Positions 12,701 to 24,700 of a DNA stretch of 64,000 bases are shown here, piece by piece. The notes below the pieces were generated by a model. The model searched no databases and had not been told where the DNA came from. It saw nothing but the letters and a program-made list of their open reading frames with translations. Positions within the stretch are counted from its first letter, which is position 1; each line of letters starts with the position of its first letter. A program made the position numbers and the translations under genes. This DNA comes from Amoebophrya sp. A120 (taxonomy: Eukaryota; Protista; Dinoflagellata), in assembly GCA_905178155.1 (NCBI GenBank), contig CAJINV010000001.1, positions 2,035,904 to 2,099,903 of the forward strand, given 5' to 3'.

Positions 12701-15700
12701 TGCGAAACAGCCAAAACTTGTGGATTTGTCTAGCCGATTCCCGCCCATCTTGACTTCTATGACGTCGTGGGGACGTTTTTACATAGGATAGATTAAGGCT
12801 ACCGCGGGGCCCGTGGCCTCGCTAACGTTGAACAAGGCGAACACCAAGTCTCCGACGATTTGCACGATCAAGAAGAGCGTGGCGTGGTAGTACAGCATCG
12901 AGAAGACCTTGGCCGTTCCTTGCGCAATCTTTCGCCGGATCATCCGCATGCTGTTCTTGAAGGTGCGGAGCAGCGTGCTCTTCAAGTCCCGTAGCACGTT
13001 CGTGCCGCTGCGTATCACCACACGTACGTTCTCGCCAAACTGTTTGGCTAACGCTACCATTTCGGTCGTGGCTTCCAGCGCTTGTTCCCCTAATTCCCCT
13101 ACGTAACCCTTTATGGAATCCATGCCGTCCAATATAACGTCGAACGTTCCTTCCATGGCTTCCGCGGTTGCGTGGGCCGCGTGCCCCACCGCGTTTGCAT
13201 ATGCACCACAAATAAAAATATGTTCTACACGGAGTCAGTAGATCGCGTCTGGAGAATAAATAATGGCGTAGCACAACGTTTTTTACCACATACCTGGTTG
13301 TCATCTGCAATCGTACGAGCGTGGTGACGTAGTTGGCTTCGCGCACAGCCAGGTACTTCTATTGGCTCGAGGAAGAGGACAAAGAGAAAGATAAAGCAGC
13401 AGACGAGGACAAATGGTGTACGAAAACAAGTAGGCGCAAGAACTTTTCTCACACTCTCTTATCCTGAGTAAAAACGTACCCACACCAGAGTCAGGATGGG
13501 GATTTTGCAACACAAACCTAGGAGCTTTGTGAGTCACGCATCACAAGTTGCAGTCCGTAGTGTAGTGCAGGTTCGCAAGGCCAGCTGCATCAGAAATCCA
13601 TCTGCTCATCCTGTTTACAGCATTACAAATAACACGACTAGAAATGTTTCTCATGGGGACCCGCATTACAAACGTTTCTGTGGATGCAAATCTGCATTAC
13701 AACTCTGGGGTGGGTACGTTTTTACTCAGGATACTCTCTGTGAGGGACGCAGCAATGAATATTATCAACGTGGATGCTTGCACATTCGATAACAAAGTAA
13801 GTAGAAGTATAGTTGATGCAGCAGCCTGCCAGCTGTGTGCGCTATATCATGGCGGCACCGAAGAAAATTGGTGCGTGCACATGAATTAGAATTTGAATTA
13901 GAAAGGATTTGGATTTCTATATTATAAATGTTTGTATTTTCTATGCTGGTACTTCTATTTTTGGGTTCGGTTTTTCTTTTTTATTTGCTCCGCCTATAAT
14001 TATCATCCAGATCAGCTCTACTCCCCGCTGCAATAATATTAAGTATTTGTGATGAGATAACACCGCACCTTGGCCCGCACTGGCCGTTCTTCTTGCCGCA
14101 GCGCGCGCTGCGTTGGCCGCAGCGGCGGCTCGCTGCTTTATCCTGAGCAAAAACGTCCCCACCCCAGAGTTGTCATGAAGATCTGCAAGCACAAGAGCAT
14201 TTGTAATGCACATCCCCATGAGAGGCATTTCCCATCGTGTTTTGTAACTTGTAATGCTGTGAACAGGATAAGGAGATGGATTTGTTATGCGGATTCCAAT
14301 GCTAAACTGCATTACACTACAGCCTGCAACTTGTCATGCGTCGCTCCCAAAACTTTAAGGTTTCTGTTGCAAAATTCCCATCTTGACTCTGGTGTGGGGA
14401 CATTTTTACTCAGGATATGCTTCGCGGCCAAAAAAAACGCGCGCGGGTCCTTGACCACTTTCCAAGATATGGGATTCTATCCCACAGAAAAAGACCGACA
14501 GGTCATATTTGTAATGCAAAAATAAATACACAGGAAAATCTGTCATGGGCGAGGCCATAACATCCTGTTTAGGGCATGCAATACAGATTTTTTTGTCTAT
14601 TTATTTTTGCATTACAAATATGACCTGTCGGTCTTTTTCTGGGGGATAGATTCGCAAACGTTCTTGTTACACTCTCGACTGTTACATAAGAACCACTCCC
14701 CGCGACTGCGTCGCGGGGCAAGCATTGTATTTGTTCTTCCCGTCGGCTGTGGAAGAAAATGAAAAAAGGGCATCACTTCCGCACCGGAAAAGGAGTGAGA
14801 TCTCACTTTTGAAAAAATCTCACTTTCGGGTGGCCCAAAGCTGAGACTTCTCAGAAAGTGAGATCATCTCGATGAGCTCTCACTTTTTTCAAAATCTCAC
14901 ATGGCGGCCCAGAAGTGCGATGTCTCAGAAAGTGAGATCTCAGCGAGATGATCGCACTTTTTTCAAAGTCTCACCGTTTGGCCCTCCCGGAAAAGTGATT
15001 CGGACAGTGAGACTTCTTAGAAAGTAAGATCTCACTGAGAGCTCGCTTTATTTTTCAGAGTGAGACTCGCTGAGATCTCATCGAGAAGATCTTACTTCTT
15101 TCACTTTTTTTCCCAATTCTTTACCTTTCCATCGCCACACTGCTGCGGCGTAGCGGTTTCCCGTCGAGTAGCTGTGTCGGACGCGGCCGAAGGCCCGAGA
15201 GCGAAAATCTCCCCCCAGTGAGACCAGCGAAAATTTTTCGCCGAGCTATTCTATTGGGAGGCTCCGAGCCATGAAAAGAAACAGACCTAGGCGTCGCGAT
15301 ATTAACGAAAATAGAACAGAGCACGTCTGATCGAGCAGCGCCTTCTTTTGAAAAAGCAACCGAGTGGCTTTTGGGCTTTGCGCTCGAAAAAAAAGGTGAT
15401 GGCGCAGCAGAAAAAGCTACAAAGCTTCTGAAGAATACCTTCTGAAGGTTTATCCTAAAGCCTACGCGTTGGCTTTCAGAGAAAGCGGCGTTTTCAATCG
15501 GGCAAACAGATTCGCGCGCAACAAAAGCAGCACATTTTGCTGGACCTTCTGAAGATTCTTCAGAAGCTCCACCTTCAGAAGAATTCAAAAACCAAAACCT
15601 TCTGAAGGTGTGCTGCTTTTACTTTTTTGATTTTTTTCAAAGTGCGACAATTTTGAAAAAACCTTCAGAAGATTTTGAGTCTTCTGAAGGTATTTTTGGT

Positions 15701-18700
15701 TGTCCTGATTTTTGGCCATTTTCTACGAGAAAAAAAGCGGCAGTCTTCTGAAGGTTTGCGACGTTGCTATATCGCGCAGACCTTCAGAAGACTGCCTACC
15801 TTCTGAAGGTTTAAAAAAGTCGTTTTTTAGTCTTCTGAAGCTTTTTTTGTCAAAAAATCGAGAAAATTCTTCAGAAGGTGAAAAAAAACCTTCAGAAGCC
15901 AAAAAAAACGCGCGCGGGTCCTTGACAACTTTCCACATCCCCGCGAGGCCGGGAACTGCAAGCACCGCTGCCGGGGCTGAAGCCGGCAGTGCTGACATGC
16001 ACAAACCCATCGGAAGACCATCGGGGACCGCGACCGGCCATCGGAAGCCCATCGGAAGCAGAAAGGTAAAGCAGCAGACCACGAGGACAAATGGTGTACT
16101 GGCGGCACGACGGGCCACAGACGACGCCCTGAGGTCCCATCAAGATTCTGGAAAGATCACCTCCGACACTCCAGGGGGAGGGGTCGGAACGATTCGGAGC
16201 GCCCGCCCCTGTGTAGCCCCTGCGACAACTTGCAGACGAACGGGAAGCAAAGAGCGCTCGCGTAACGCGCGTTACACGATGGTATGGTGGATGTGAGAAA
16301 GGGCCAGACGCCCCACGGGCGGTGCCGCAGGTGCTAGCTTGCTGGGAGTGACGAATAACCACGCCCAACAAGGGCGAGCGAGTGGTCGCGCGGTTGTAAA
16401 AACCCTGGCGCGACGCGGAACAATCTGGGGCCCGGCAATGGACGGAATTGCATGCCCCCGTCCGCAGGGTCCATCCCGCTTCCATGGGCCAGATATAAGT
16501 ACCCGACCGATCCCGAGGGCAACCCCAGGTCGGAAATGGTCCAGCAAAAGACGGCGCACTAGCCCCAAAGCGAGTTTTTTTCTTTTTGATTCAAAAACGA
16601 ACCCGCTGAATTTCCTAAATCAAAGAAAACACGCGCGGCCAAAAAAAACGCGCGCGGGTCCTTGGCAACTTTCCAAGATATGGCATGACTTGGAAAGACC
16701 CCCCCTCCCGCGTCGGAAACTCCCCTCGTTGCGGAACTAGAACCCACGGGCTAGAATTTCGAGCGTTTCAAACATATTGAATCCCAATCGTCGCGCGGTG
16801 TTGCGAACCACAAAAATCAGGCACGGCCTACGCACGACACTGCACGCACCTTGCAGGCAGTGTGGCAGAGCGTTCCTCTCGGCGGTGTGGCGCGCGCAGT
16901 AACGCGCTGCAATCAGAAGGGTCACAATCGCAAAAAATTTTCCGGAGTGGGATAGTTTTTATCCGGGTTCGTTGATAATTCAGCGAGGCCTCGCTCCGGA
17001 AGAACGAGAAGCCGAGTATATTTACTTTTTGAAATTCAGGAGTGAGATTTTATTTCCAGGAGTGAATATTCACTGAAATTTCACTCGGTTTCTCGTCCCG
17101 CAACGAGAAATCGAGTGAAAATTCAGCGAATTTTCACTTTTTGAAGGGATCACGAATTTTCCGGGATTGAGAATTCTTCTTAGCGAATTCTCGCTCCGGA
17201 AAAACTTCGCTCCCGGAGTGAAAATTTTCAAAAAGTGAAAATTCACTGAATTTTCACTCGATTCTGAGTTCCGGAACTGGGCCTCGTTCCGGAACGAGGC
17301 CCAGTTCCGGAACTCAGAATCGAGTGAAAATTCAGTGAATTTTCACTTTTTGAAAATTTTCACTCCGGGAGCGAAGTTTTTCCGGAGCGAGAATTCGCTA
17401 AGAAGAATTCTCAATCCCGGAAAATTCGTGATCCCTTCAAAAAGTGAAAATTCGCTGAATTTTCACTCGATTTCTCGTTGCGGGACGAGAAACCGAGTGA
17501 AATTTCAGTGAATATTCACTCCTGGAAATAAAATCTCACTCCTGAATTTCAAAAAGTAAATATACTCGGCTTCTCGTTCTTCCGGAGCGAGGCCTCGCTG
17601 AATTATCAACGAACCCGGATAAAAACTATCCCACTCCGGAAAATTTTTTGCGATTGTGACCCTTCTGATTGCAGCGCGTTACTGCGCGCGCCACACCGCC
17701 GAGAGGAACGCTCTGCCACACTGCCTGCAAGGTGCGTGCAGTGTCGTGCGTAGGCCGTGCCTGATTTTTGTGGTTCGCAACACCGCGCGACGATTGGGAT
17801 TCAATATGTTTGAAACGCTCGAAATTCTAGCCCGTGGGTTCTAGTTCCGCAACGAGGGGAGTTTCCGACGCGGGAGGGGGGGTCTTTCCAAGTCATGCCA
17901 TATCTTGGAAAGTTGCCAAGGACCCGCGCGCGTTTTTTTTGGCCGCGCGTGTTTTCTTTGATTTAGGAAATTCAGCGGGTTCGTTTTTGAATCAAAAAGA
18001 AAAAAACTCGCTTTGGGGCTAGTGCGCCGTCTTTTGCTGGACCATTTCCGACCTGGGGTTGCCCTCGGGATCGGTCGGGTACTTATATCTGGCCCATGGA
18101 AGCGGGATGGACCCTGCGGACGGGGGCATGCAATTCCGTCCATTGCCGGGCCCCAGATTGTTCCGCGTCGCGCCAGGGTTTTTACAACCGCGCGACCACT
18201 CGCTCGCCCTTGTTGGGCGTGGTTATTCGTCACTCCCAGCAAGCTAGCACCTGCGGCACCGCCCGTGGGGCGTCTGGCCCTTTCTCACATCCACCATACC
18301 ATCGTGTAACGCGCGTTACGCGAGCGCTCTTTGCTTCCCGTTCGTCTGCAAGTTGTCGCAGGGGCTACACAGGGGCGGGCGCTCCGAATCGTTCCGACCC
18401 CTCCCCCTGGAGTGTCGGAGGTGATCTTTCCAGAATCTTGATGGGACCTCAGGGCGTCGTCTGTGGCCCGTCGTGCCGCCAGTACACCATTTGTCCTCGT
18501 GGTCTGCTGCTTTACCTTTCTGCTTCCGATGGGCTTCCGATGGCCGGTCGCGGTCCCCGATGGTCTTCCGATGGGTTTGTGCATGTCAGCACTGCCGGCT
18601 TCAGCCCCGGCAGCGGTGCTTGCAGTTCCCGGCCTCGCGGGGATGTGGAAAGTTGTCAAGGACCCGCGCGCGTTTTTTTTGGCTTCTGAAGGTTTTTTTT

Positions 18701-21700
18701 CACCTTCTGAAGAATTTTCTCGATTTTTTGACAAAAAAAGCTTCAGAAGACTAAAAAACGACTTTTTTAAACCTTCAGAAGGTAGGCAGTCTTCTGAAGG
18801 TCTGCGCGATATAGCAACGTCGCAAACCTTCAGAAGACTGCCGCTTTTTTTCTCGTAGAAAATGGCCAAAAATCAGGACAACCAAAAACACCTTCAGAAG
18901 ACTCAAAATCTTCTGAAGGTTTTTTCAAAATTGTCGCACTTTGAAAAAAATCAAAAAAGTAAAAGCAGCACACCTTCAGAAGGTTTTGGTTTTTGAACCT
19001 TCTGAAGGTGGAGCTTCTGAAGAATCTTCAGAAGGTCCAGCAAAATGTGCTGCTTTTGTTGCGCGCGAATCTGTTTGCCCGATTGAAAACGCCGCTTTCT
19101 CTGAAAGCCAACGCGTAGGCTTTAGGATAAACCTTCAGAAGGTATTCTTCAGAAGCTTTGTAGCTTTTTCTGCTGCGCCATCACCTTTTTTTTCGAGCGC
19201 AAAGCCCAAAAGCCACTCGGTTGCTTTTTCAAAAGAAGGCGCTGCTCGATCAGACGTGCTCTGTTCTATTTTCGTTAATATCGCGACGCCTAGGTCTGTT
19301 TCTTTTCATGGCTCGGAGCCTCCCAATAGAATAGCTCGGCGAAAAATTTTCGCTGGTCTCACTGGGGGGAGATTTTCGCTCTCGGGCCTTCGGCCGCGTC
19401 CGACACAGCTACTCGACGGGAAACCGCTACGCCGCAGCAGTGTGGCGATGGAAAGGTAAAGAATTGGGAAAAAAAGTGAAAGAAGTAAGATCTTCTCGAT
19501 GAGATCTCAGCGAGTCTCACTCTGAAAAATAAAGCGAGCTCTCAGTGAGATCTTACTTTCTAAGAAGTCTCACTGTCCGAATCACTTTTCCGGGAGGGCC
19601 AAACGGTGAGACTTTGAAAAAAGTGCGATCATCTCGCTGAGATCTCACTTTCTGAGACATCGCACTTCTGGGCCGCCATGTGAGATTTTGAAAAAAGTGA
19701 GAGCTCATCGAGATGATCTCACTTTCTGAGAAGTCTCAGCTTTGGGCCACCCGAAAGTGAGATTTTTTCAAAAGTGAGATCTCACTCCTTTTCCGGTGCG
19801 GAAGTGATGCCCTTTTTTCATTTTCTTCCACAGCCGACGGGAAGAACAAATACAATGCTTGCCCCGCGACGCAGTCGCGGGGAGTGGTTCTTATGTAACA
19901 GTCGAGAGTGTAACAAGAACGTTTGCGAATCTATCCCCCAGAAAAAGACCGACAGGTCATATTTGTAATGCAAAATAAATAGACAAAAAAATCTGTATTG
20001 CATGCCCTAAACAGGATGTTATGGCCTCGCCCATGACAGATTTTCCTGTGTATTTATTTTTGCATTACAAATATGACCTGTCGGTCTTTTTCTGTGGGAT
20101 AGAATCGCAAACGTTCTTGTTACACTCTCGACTGTTACATAAGAACCACTCCCCGCGACTGCGTCGCGGGGCAAGCATTGTATTTGTTCTTCCCGTCGGC
20201 TGTGGAAGAAAATGAAAAAAGGGCATCACTTCCGCACCGGAAAAGGAGTGAGATCTCACTTTTGAAAAAATCTCACTTTCGGGTGGCCCAAAGCTGAGAC
20301 TTCTCAGAAAGTGAGATCATCTCGATGAGCTCTCACTTTTTTCAAAATCTCACATGGCGGCCCAGAAGTGCGATGTCTCAGAAAGTGAGATCTCAGCGAG
20401 ATGATCGCACTTTTTTCAAAGTCTCACCGTTTGGCCCTCCCGGAAAAGTGATTCGGACAGTGAGACTTCTTAGAAAGTAAGATCTCACTGAGAGCTCGCT
20501 TTATTTTTCAGAGTGAGACTCGCTGAGATCTCATCGAGAAGATCTTACTTCTTTCACTTTTTTTCCCAATTCTTTACCTTTCCATCGCCACACTGCTGCG
20601 GCGTAGCGGTTTCCCGTCGAGTAGCTGTGTCGGACGCGGCCGAAGGCCCGAGAGCGAAAATCTCCCCCCAGTGAGACCAGCGAAAATTTTTCGCCGAGCT
20701 ATTCTATTGGGAGGCTCCGAGCCATGAAAAGAAACAGACCTAGGCGTCGCGATATTAACGAAAATAGAACAGAGCACGTCTGATCGAGCAGCGCCTTCTT
20801 TTGAAAAAGCAACCGAGTGGCTTTTGGGCTTTGCGCTCGAAAAAAAAGGTGATGGCGCAGCAGAAAAAGCTACAAAGCTTCTGAAGAATACCTTCTGAAG
20901 GTTTATCCTAAAGCCTACGCGTTGGCTTTCAGAGAAAGCGGCGTTTTCAATCGGGCAAACAGATTCGCGCGCAACAAAAGCAGCACATTTTGCTGGACCT
21001 TCTGAAGATTCTTCAGAAGCTCCACCTTCAGAAGGTTCAAAAACCAAAACCTTCTGAAGGTGTGCTGCTTTTACTTTTTTGATTTTTTTCAAAGTGCGAC
21101 AATTTTGAAAAAACCTTCAGAAGATTTTGAGTCTTCTGAAGGTGTTTTTGGTTGTCCTGATTTTTGGCCATTTTCTACGAGAAAAAAAGCGGCAGTCTTC
21201 TGAAGGTTTGCGACGTTGCTATATCGCGCAGACCTTCAGAAGACTGCCTACCTTCTGAAGGTTTAAAAAAGTCGTTTTTTAGTCTTCTGAAGCTTTTTTT
21301 GTCAAAAAATCGAGAAAATTCTTCAGAAGGTGAAAAAAAACCTTCAGAAGCCAAAAAAAACGCGCGCGGGTCCTTGACAACTTTCCACATCCCCGCGAGG
21401 CCGGGAACTGCAAGCACCGCTGCCGGGGCTGAAGCCGGCAGTGCTGACATGCACAAACCCATCGGAAGACCATCGGGGACCGCGACCGGCCATCGGAAGC
21501 CCATCGGAAGCAGAAAGGTAAAGCAGCAGACCACGAGGACAAATGGTGTACTGGCGGCACGACGGGCCACAGACGACGCCCTGAGGTCCCATCAAGATTC
21601 TGGAAAGATCACCTCCGACACTCCAGGGGGAGGGGTCGGAACGATTCGGAGCGCCCGCCCCTGTGTAGCCCCTGCGACAACTTGCAGACGAACGGGAAGC

Positions 21701-24700
21701 AAAGAGCGCTCGCGTAACGCGCGTTACACGATGGTATGGTGGATGTGAGAAAGGGCCAGACGCCCCACGGGCGGTGCCGCAGGTGCTAGCTTGCTGGGAG
21801 TGACGAATAACCACGCCCAACAAGGGCGAGCGAGTGGTCGCGCGGTTGTAAAAACCCTGGCGCGACGCGGAACAATCTGGGGCCCGGCAATGGACGGAAT
21901 TGCATGCCCCCGTCCGCAGGGTCCATCCCGCTTCCATGGGCCAGATATAAGTACCCGACCGATCCCGAGGGCAACCCCAGGTCGGAAATGGTCCAGCAAA
22001 AGACGGCGCACTAGCCCCAAAGCGAGTTTTTTTCTTTTTGATTCAAAAACGAACCCGCTGAATTTCCTAAATCAAAGAAAACACGCGCGGCCAAAAAAAA
22101 CGCGCGCGGGTCCTTGGCAACTTTCCAAGATATGGCATGACTTGGAAAGACCCCCCCTCCCGCGTCGGAAACTCCCCTCGTTGCGGAACTAGAACCCACG
22201 GGCTAGAATTTCGAGCGTTTCAAACATATTGAATCCCAATCGTCGCGCGGTGTTGCGAACCACAAAAATCAGGCACGGCCTACGCACGACACTGCACGCA
22301 CCTTGCAGGCAGTGTGGCAGAGCGTTCCTCTCGGCGGTGTGGCGCGCGCAGTAACGCGCTGCAATCAGAAGGGTCACAATCGCAAAAAATTTTCCGGAGT
22401 GGGATAGTTTTTATCCGGGTTCGTTGATAATTCAGCGAGGCCTCGCTCCGGAAGAACGAGAAGCCGAGTATATTTACTTTTTGAAATTCAGGAGTGAGAT
22501 TTTATTTCCAGGAGTGAATATTCACTGAAATTTCACTCGGTTTCTCGTCCCGCAACGAGAAATCGAGTGAAAATTCAGCGAATTTTCACTTTTTGAAGGG
22601 ATCACGAATTTTCCGGGATTGAGAATTCTTCTTAGCGAATTCTCGCTCCGGAAAAACTTCGCTCCCGGAGTGAAAATTTTCAAAAAGTGAAAATTCACTG
22701 AATTTTCACTCGATTCTGAGTTCCGGAACTGGGCCTCGTTCCGGAACGAGGCCCAGTTCCGGAACTCAGAATCGAGTGAAAATTCAGTGAATTTTCACTT
22801 TTTGAAAATTTTCACTTTGGGATCTCAAATTCTCCGGGAGTGACAATTAAGCTCCGGGAAAATTCATGATCCCTTCAAAAAGTGAAAACTCACTGAATTT
22901 TCACTCGTCTTCTCGTTGCGGAACGAGAAACCACGTAAAAATTCAGTGAGTATTAACTTTCGGAAAAATTTCACTCCGGGAGCGAGGCTTTCCCGGAGTG
23001 CGAATTCGTTGGATTGCTTCGCAATACTCCAGATTAAATCGCGATCCCAAAGTGAGAACTTTCAAAGACACGAGATCCCAAAGTGAGAGGCCAAAACAAA
23101 CGCGCGCGGGTCCATGACAAATTTCCACATCCCCGCGAGGCCGGGAACTGCAAGCACCGCTGCCGGGGCTGAAGCCGGCAGTGCTGACATGCACAAACCC
23201 ATCGGAAGACCATCGGGGACCGCGACCGGCCATCGGAAGCCCATCGGAAGCAGAAAGGTAAAGCAGCAGACCACGAGGACAAATGGTGTACTGGCGGCAC
23301 GACGGGCCACAGACGACGCCCTGAGGTCCCATCAAGATTCTGGAAAGATCACCTCCGACACTCCAGGGGGAGGGGTCGGAACGATTCGGAGCGCCCGCCC
23401 CTGTGTAGCCCCTGCGACAACTTGCAGACGAACGGGAAGCAAAGAGCGCTCGCGTAACGCGCGTTACACGATGGAATGGTGGATGTGAGAAAGGGCCAGA
23501 CGCCCCACGGGCGGTGCCGCAGGTGCTAGCTTGCTGGGAGTGACGAATAACCACGCCCAACAAGGGCGAGCGAGTGGTCGCGCGGTTGTAAAAACCCTGG
23601 CGCGACGCGGAACAATCTGGGGCCCGGCAATGGACGGAATTGCATGCCCCCGTCCGCAGGGTCCATCCCGCTTCCATGGGCCAGATATAAGTACCCGACC
23701 GATCCCGAGGGCAACCCCAGGTCGGAAATGGTCCAGCAAAAGACGGCGCACTAGCCCCAAAGCGAGTTTTTTTCTTTTTGATTCAAAAACGAACCCGCTG
23801 AATTTCCTAAATCAAAGAAAACACGCGCGGCCAAAAAAAACGCGCGCGGGTCCATGACAAGTTTCCAAAAAAAACGCGGATTCACAAACGTTCTTACACT
23901 CCCGACTGTTACATGAATTTGATATGCTAACCCGACCGAAACCACAAACGCAACCAATTGGGCACCTTTCCGCAGATGGTCAGGCCACCGGGTCGCGGAG
24001 TCAGGCGGGCCGAAGCCATCACCATGTAATGCAAGAATAGCATAGGCGAGAAAAAGAACCTTGCGCGTCTTGCATCACAGATTTGGTGCGGATTCTGGCG
24101 CTATTTGGCGCGTCGAGAAATTTCTGTCATGCGAAGTAGCTTGATCGTGGCGATCGCGATGTTCGTGTTGATAGTGATTTATTTTGCGTGAAGATAAATC
24201 CATGTAACAGTCGAGAGTGTTACGTTTGAGAATCCCATACAATTGAGAGGCAATTTGTCCTCGGGGAACATCATCGATTTCATTCTCCTTATCAAATGCA
24301 AATATGTCATCTCCTGGGTCTGGAAGAGCTTGATGCTTTTTTTTGCATGACACAGAAGGTCTGGCATGCAAAGTAGAGCATCTCAGGTTTTCAGCAGGTT
24401 TAGGAACGATAACGAATGCCTAATCCGCATGAGAAGCTCCCTGCCCCTCTTTGTGTAGCAACAAATGAGCAGAGCGGAGCGCCTTTTGTGCTCCATGCAT
24501 AACAGATTTTTGTTTGGTCTGAAATCAAATGCACATAAGAAGTTTACAACGTGTTGCCAGACCCACACCCAGACATATTTGCAATGCATACTCCTGAAAC
24601 CAGGCTTATTTGGTCGTGTAGCGGTCCCCCCATCTCCGTGTTCACTTTCGCCATCAGAATCAGAAACAGAATGATGATGATCCTCGTCGGGATAAGTGTG

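Larger units (their letters stand above)
14473..22816. repeat. Inverted triplication (forward-reverse-forward) of a ~2.7-2.8 kb unit
   Basis: Spacer-less palindrome centre at 17290/17291 (gcctcgttcc|ggaacgaggc), second centre ~20016 inside the MITE copy, third at 22742/22743. Direct-repeat period 5452 bp. Mirrored ORF coordinates sum to 34581 and 40033. Confidence 0.95.
14468..24239. mobile_element. Giant (9.8 kb) expanded introner, family tatgggattctcaaacg..acactctcgactgttaca
   Basis: The left TIR tatgggattc[MITE]gcaaacg..acactctcgactgttacat matches the reverse complement of 24201-24239. Imperfect DR caaga/caatt. Removal joins KLPLN|WKVVKDPRAFF in frame. A normal-size family member is at 26383-26630. 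Confidence 0.7.

Noticed and set aside
17200-17380. Hairpin telomere of a linear plasmid or virus (protelomerase-type site)
   Set aside because: The palindrome is embedded in a host intron with continuous exons on both sides, and no replication or resolvase genes are nearby.
14423-23868. CRISPR-like repeat-spacer appearance
   Set aside because: The context is eukaryotic, spacers are 0.7-1.4 kb, there are no cas genes, and the repeat is an apparent host exon.
14612-23957. Numerous 60-240 aa ORFs repeated 3-4 times (e.g. MAIFYEKK.., MEAGWTLR.., MKKIKKVK..)
   Set aside because: They are by-products of the triplicated, palindromic non-coding unit. They overlap in all frames and show no transposase or other domain motifs.
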